Shown: one piece after another, positions 10,201 to 14,217 of the stretch
How positions within the stretch are numbered: position 1 is the first letter of the stretch
How the letters are laid out: every line of letters starts with the position of its first letter
Assembly (NCBI GenBank): GCA_054661495.1
Contig: BAAFSQ010000254.1
Coordinates: 1 to 14,217, forward strand
Source: Zygophlyctis sp. KS116
Lineage: Eukaryota > Fungi > Chytridiomycota
Direction: 5' to 3'
Length of the DNA: 14,217 nucleotides
Program-made: the position numbers and the translations under genes
The notes under the pieces: generated by a model
Seen by the model: the letters and a program-made list of their open reading frames with translations, nothing else
Database searches by the model: none
Told to the model about the DNA's origin: nothing

Positions 10201-10665
10201 ATAAAATGCCAGCAGTTGTAATAAATCATGTGAATTTTGAGGATTAACAGCCTTCTAATGGTTATTAGAATAGATTACAGAAAATTTTATAAATTTTGTA
10301 GACTGCTGAAAACAAATATTTGAACCATCTATAAAATCCAATGATGCAATAATCAATTCAAAAACCGATTTCAAATCTTCCCAATCATGAATTTGCGAAT
10401 AATTTAAATTTAAATCACGCAGAGTTGGGAATGATTTTAAAATTACTTTTCTTAGTGATGCGTATCCTGAATCTACTAAAATCCCAATTCTTTTAAATTT
10501 CAACTCTTGAATTCCAGCCGTTTTAAATATAATATTACCAATTCTTAAATCCCTAGTCTTTTGAGTATTTACTAGAGTCTGTTTGAATCCATGCAGTCCT
10601 AACAAAATAACTTTGGCAGATTCATGCAAACAGAGTACATTATCAATCCATTTATTCTCGTCCAT
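7223..10665 (-). CDS. NCKAP1: Nck-associated protein 1 / Hem / Nap1 family (WAVE/SCAR regulatory complex subunit), divergent
   Basis: Family-like segments: HAERRNYLRFQL, ALLMAKNEILWYFRN, DFTALRINWQRFQ, SSIVDS..SQMKSFSSL, RPGWES, IDRPSVL, DLSCLKKLIGYQGVEF. 13 inferred introns: 10255-10278, 9323-9347, 9117-9143, 8775-8801, 8476-8505, 8315-8343, 8173-8201, 8086-8111, 7994-8019, 7815-7842, 7608-7633, 7430-7455, 7319-7345. These give one continuous frame to TAA at 7223-7225. The 3' exons are less certain. Confidence 0.82.
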
Positions 10666-10897
10666 TTAAAAGTATAATGGAATTTTCCAACTAAAAGTAT
10701 TTCGGACAAATCGGACGTAATTCTACAGAGAACTCACCAACTAGCATGTCTCATAGAAATTCAATACGAATTCCATAATGGAGTAGAATGATTAATTAAA
10801 AGATTAGAAACAATGAATTTAAATTTAGTAGAAAATTAAAGACACAAATATTATTAAACTCCATTTTTGTGAATTGTTAAATTTTAGAATCTTTAAA

Positions 10898-11830
10898 ATG
10901 CAAACGATTCTTGGTGCTAATGGGACTATAGCTTCAATACTAGCTAAAGAGCTTGCCAAATATACAAGTAATATTCGTCTAGTCTCAAGAAATCCTAAAA
11001 GAGTAAATGAAAATGATCAACTGTATCCTGCAGACCTTTCTAATGTTTCAAATGTGGAAAAAGCAATTAAAGGATCAATGGTTGTCTACTTGATGGTTGG
11101 ATTTGAATACAAAACTCTTGTTTGGAGACAGAATTGGCCCAAATTAGTAAAGGCAACCATTGAAGCATGCAAAAACAATAATTCTAAATTAGTCTTTTTT
11201 GATAATGTCTACATGTATAACCCATCAGATATTTCAAACATGACTGAAGAGACCAAGTATGACCCAAAGACCAAAAAAGGCAAGATTAGAGCTGAAATTG
11301 CACAAATGATTTTGGATGAAATTGCAAGTGGGAAGTTGAATGCTATCATTGCTCGTTCAGCTGATTTTTATGGACCCAAGAATGATAAAAGTATTCTTTG
11401 TGAAACTGTTTTTAAACCACTCTTAAAAAAGTCTAATGTCATTTGGTTTGGAAGAACTGATAAGAATCATAGTTTTACATATACCCCTGATGCAGCAAGA
11501 GCAGTAGCTATGCTGGGAAATACTCAAGATTGTTATAATCAAACTTGGCATCTTCCTACTGACAAGAAATCTCTGACTGGAATGAAATTTGTAGAGCTCT
11601 TTTCTAATGAAATGGGTTTAGAAAAAACTGCTTCAATATCTGTACTTTCTTCTTGGCTTGTTGGATTTCTTGGTTTCTTTAATCCTTTTCTTGGAGAGAT
11701 GAAGGAGATGATGTACCAATACAATGATCATTATTTCTTTAACAGCCAAAAATTCTGTAAACGATTTCCTGATTTCAAGGTTACTGAATACAAACAAGGG
11801 ATCAAAGAGACTATAGCTGGAGGATTATAA
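10898..11830 (+). CDS. Intronless NAD(P)-binding atypical SDR / NAD-dependent epimerase-dehydratase family protein of bacterial type
   Basis: The first ATG is at 10898 (the ORF track's 10874 start is TTG). MQTILGANGTIA Rossmann start, RLVSRNPK, LVFFDNVYMY, P.TKKGKIRAEIA, IARSADFYGP, HSFTYTPDAARA..MLG, NQTWHLPT, EMMYQY...YFFNS.KF. No classical YxxxK. 310 codons uninterrupted. Confidence 0.9.
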   Translation: MQTILGANGTIASILAKELAKYTSNIRLVSRNPKRVNENDQLYPADLSNVSNVEKAIKGSMVVYLMVGFEYKTLVWRQNWPKLVKATIEACKNNNSKLVFFDNVYMYNPSDISNMTEETKYDPKTKKGKIRAEIAQMILDEIASGKLNAIIARSADFYGPKNDKSILCETVFKPLLKKSNVIWFGRTDKNHSFTYTPDAARAVAMLGNTQDCYNQTWHLPTDKKSLTGMKFVELFSNEMGLEKTASISVLSSWLVGFLGFFNPFLGEMKEMMYQYNDHYFFNSQKFCKRFPDFKVTEYKQGIKETIAGGL

Positions 11831-12001
11831 AACAATAAAAACTGAATTACTCGATTGACCGTGATAGTTATGAAATCATGTTTTTACATGGAATATTTAT
11901 TAATATAATAATAAAATAAAGAGTATTTGTACCATTGAGTGGGCTCTAACTAGTAGATAGTTGATACATAGTAGATTGTAGGTTAGAGTAGGAAAAGTAA
12001 A

Positions 12002-13444
12002 ATGAATAGAAGCTCATTGAGACTTTATCTGCAAGATCTTCCTTCTTCCTCAATGATCCAACTATTCTCTAGTCCATGTACCTGTCTGGGATTGTTATTA
12101 TTACTTCCTCCGCTAGCTCAAGTTCTCATTCTTCGACTATTATATAATGATTCTAAAATGGATTTATTTCAAGTATTGACTGTATATGATCATGCTAAAG
12201 AGTATTTTAAATTGCTTAAAATGTAGAAAAGCTCTAGAGGCTCTGGAAAAGACGAGGAAATTATCAATTATAAGTAATAATCAGCTCTGTCTGGAATCAG
12301 AGTTTTCAAAGAATTTACATTTGGCTTTGATTGGAAGGTAATTAACTCTACTTAGTGTTAGTGGAGGATCAAGTTTTGGAAGAATTTTAGAAAACAAAAA
12401 GTATGCTGTAACTATAGATTTCTTGGAAGAATATTCTACACAATCATGGGAATCGGTACTGCATTATTTAGTAGGAACTCCAAATCAAAAGTCTGATGCA
12501 GTCGTTAAGCTATTGTTGAGATTGGGTTTAATGCAAAAAAGGTATTTTATACTAGAATTTCTTAAAATAAGTGATTCTCAAGATGATTTAAGAATTACAA
12601 ATAAGGGATTTCAGTTTTTATTACAAGATGTACAAGTACAAATTTGGGCTTTTTTACAACAATATTTAGATATGGCAGGAGTAATTTTTTTTAATAATGA
12701 ATAATAGGAAATGGGATTAGATTTAATTCAAGGAATTCATTTCTTGTTTCAATTGGGATTAATGCAATTAGGAGAATGCTATAGTGTAGATTTACTAACA
12801 AAAACTCAGAAATTTATGTTTGATGATTTATGTCATATTGGATTACTATATCAACGTAAAAAGAAATCGAGTAGATTTTATCCAACAAGACTTGCAACCT
12901 CTCTAGTAAAATTCTCAAATACAAAAGATGAAGAACCAAGTACAAGACAAGGATATATAATAATTGAAACAAATTATAGAGTTTATGCGTATACTAGTTC
13001 TCCTTTACAAATGGCAATTCTTGGACTCTTTTTAGAATTAAAATCAAGATTTAAAAATATGGTTATGGGGGTTTTATCTAGAGAAAGTGTTCGAGAAGCA
13101 TTTACAAATGGTATAACATCAGAACAGGTAATTTTTAATTATATAATACAAAGATTATTTCATTTTTAACAACTCATGCACATCCTGAAATGAGAAAACA
13201 GACTCCAGTGATCCCAGAAACAATTATGGATCAAATAAAATTATGGGAAATGGAAACTAATAGAATGAGGACTATTCCTGGATTTTTATATGAACAGTTT
13301 TTACGGCAAGAGGATTATACAAAAGTATTAAAGTTTGCGTATGATTATGGGTATGTTATTTGGAAATCAGATACAAAAAGATTATTGGTTGTATCAGAAG
13401 ATGGGCATGAGCACGTTAAAGCTTTTATGAAGCAGAAATCTTGA
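12002..13444 (+). CDS. TFB2: TFIIH subunit Tfb2/p52 (GTF2H4)
   Basis: LPPLAQ, WESVLHYLVG, ITNKGFQFLLQD...QIW.FL.QYL, RFYPTRLA, GYIIIETNYRVYAYT.SPLQ, SRFKNMV.G.LSRESVR.A..NGIT.EQII.FL..HAHP.M, DQIKLWE.E.NR. Introns 12202-12226, 12338-12361, 12542-12571, 12681-12707, 13128-13153. Confidence 0.96.
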
Positions 13445-13447
13445 ATT

Positions 13448-13480
13448 TCTTTATAGAATCTTTATAAAATCTTTATAGAA
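13448..13480. repeat. 11-bp tandem repeat x3 (TCTTTATARAA) between TFB2 and the REEP gene
   Basis: tctttatagaa / tctttataaaa / tctttatagaa. Confidence 0.85.
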
Positions 13481-13534
13481 AAATTATGTCTGAACTTTAC
13501 AGAGGGTTAAAATTTTCAACGGAAAATTTGCGTG

Positions 13535-14217
13535 ATGAGAATTCTTGTCTTGGCCATTGGCTTTTTAAGTCCGGCATATAAATCATTCAAGGCATGACAT
13601 TGTTTAAATAATTGAGAAGATGATCCAGGCTAAAAATTATAATCATGCAGTCATAGAATCTCTATTGATTCATTTCATTTCACTCTCAGTTTTTCTAATA
13701 CTAGAATATATTTCGGACATTTTTCTCTTTTGGATCCCACTGTACTCATCATTTAAGCTATTATTTGTTTTATGGCTTTCTATCCCATTCTTTGGTGTAA
13801 TTTCTAAATTTTAACTTGATTCAGGGCTCTAGAATATTTTATGTAGATCATATCCAGCCATTTCTCTTACATCATGAAAATGAACTTGATTTTTCAATTT
13901 CCAAATTCAAAAACTATTTTTACAATCAAGAGAATTCTTCAAAATTGCAGTTAGTACCAACTATCAAGGATAATTTTCTACAATTGCTCAGTTATGGAAT
14001 ATCAATGACTACATACATAAGTTCGTCTGCAAGTATTTTAACAAGTACATCGTCTGGTCAATCTAATTCAGTTTCTCCACCAAAACAAAAAACTAAGAAT
14101 TCCTTTCCAAGAAAACGATTTTCAAAGACTGACATGGAATTATCAGAAAAGAAATGCAGATCTTCTATTAAATCACTTTCACCCGATAGACAGCAAAAAA
14201 AGTCTGAAAAAACTAGT
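13535..14217 (+). CDS. REEP / TB2-DP1-HVA22 family ER membrane-shaping protein (REEP1-4-like), 3'-partial
   Basis: GFLSPAYKSFK, LEYISDIFLFWIPLYSSFKLLFVLWL, GSRIFY...IQPFL..HENELD, followed by a Ser/Lys-rich tail open to the window end. Needs a GC-AG intron at 13592-13619 and a GT-AG intron at 13797-13824. The start codon is uncertain (another ATG at 13486 is in a different frame). Confidence 0.82.

Noticed and set aside
10777-10865. 8-bp inverted repeat AATGGAGT/ACTCCATT upstream of the SDR gene as a MITE or insertion scar
   Set aside because: Too short for AT-rich DNA, no target-site duplication, and it does not bracket the gene.
13448-13480. CRISPR-like or telomeric array
   Set aside because: Three directly adjacent 11-mers without spacers in a eukaryotic spacer; an ordinary short tandem repeat.
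244-13824. Alternative genetic code or mass pseudogenisation as the cause of the many in-frame stops
   Set aside because: The stops and frameshifts inside recognisable genes fall in short GT(GC)-AG segments whose removal restores conserved motifs, and TAA, TAG and TGA are all used as true terminators.

Overview
This is a very compact, AT-rich eukaryotic genome segment. It is most plausibly from a zoosporic (chytrid-grade) fungus, since it carries fungal alpha-aminoadipate LYS1 together with the WAVE/SCAR subunit NCKAP1/Hem. The fragmented ORF track is explained by tiny spliceosomal introns: I reconstructed 43 by hand, 24-33 nt long (mean about 27 nt). Genes in order: 3' end of an unknown gene (+), LYS1 (-), an unexplained 860-bp gap with pseudogene-like fragments, LSM6 (+), a synaptojanin-like Sac1/5-phosphatase (+, 15 introns), MND1 (+), TIM22 (+), NCKAP1/Hem (-, 13 introns), an intronless bacterial-type atypical SDR/epimerase (+, horizontal transfer candidate), TFB2 (+) and a REEP/HVA22-family gene (+, runs off the window). 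Main points of interest are the minimal-intron architecture (AAG/poly-A acceptors, a GC-AG intron, a 28-nt micro-exon), overlapping stop codons of TIM22 and NCKAP1, a recurring GTAGGT...AAAAGTA-ATG leader motif and the candidate HGT gene. All splice models are manual inferences without RNA evidence.
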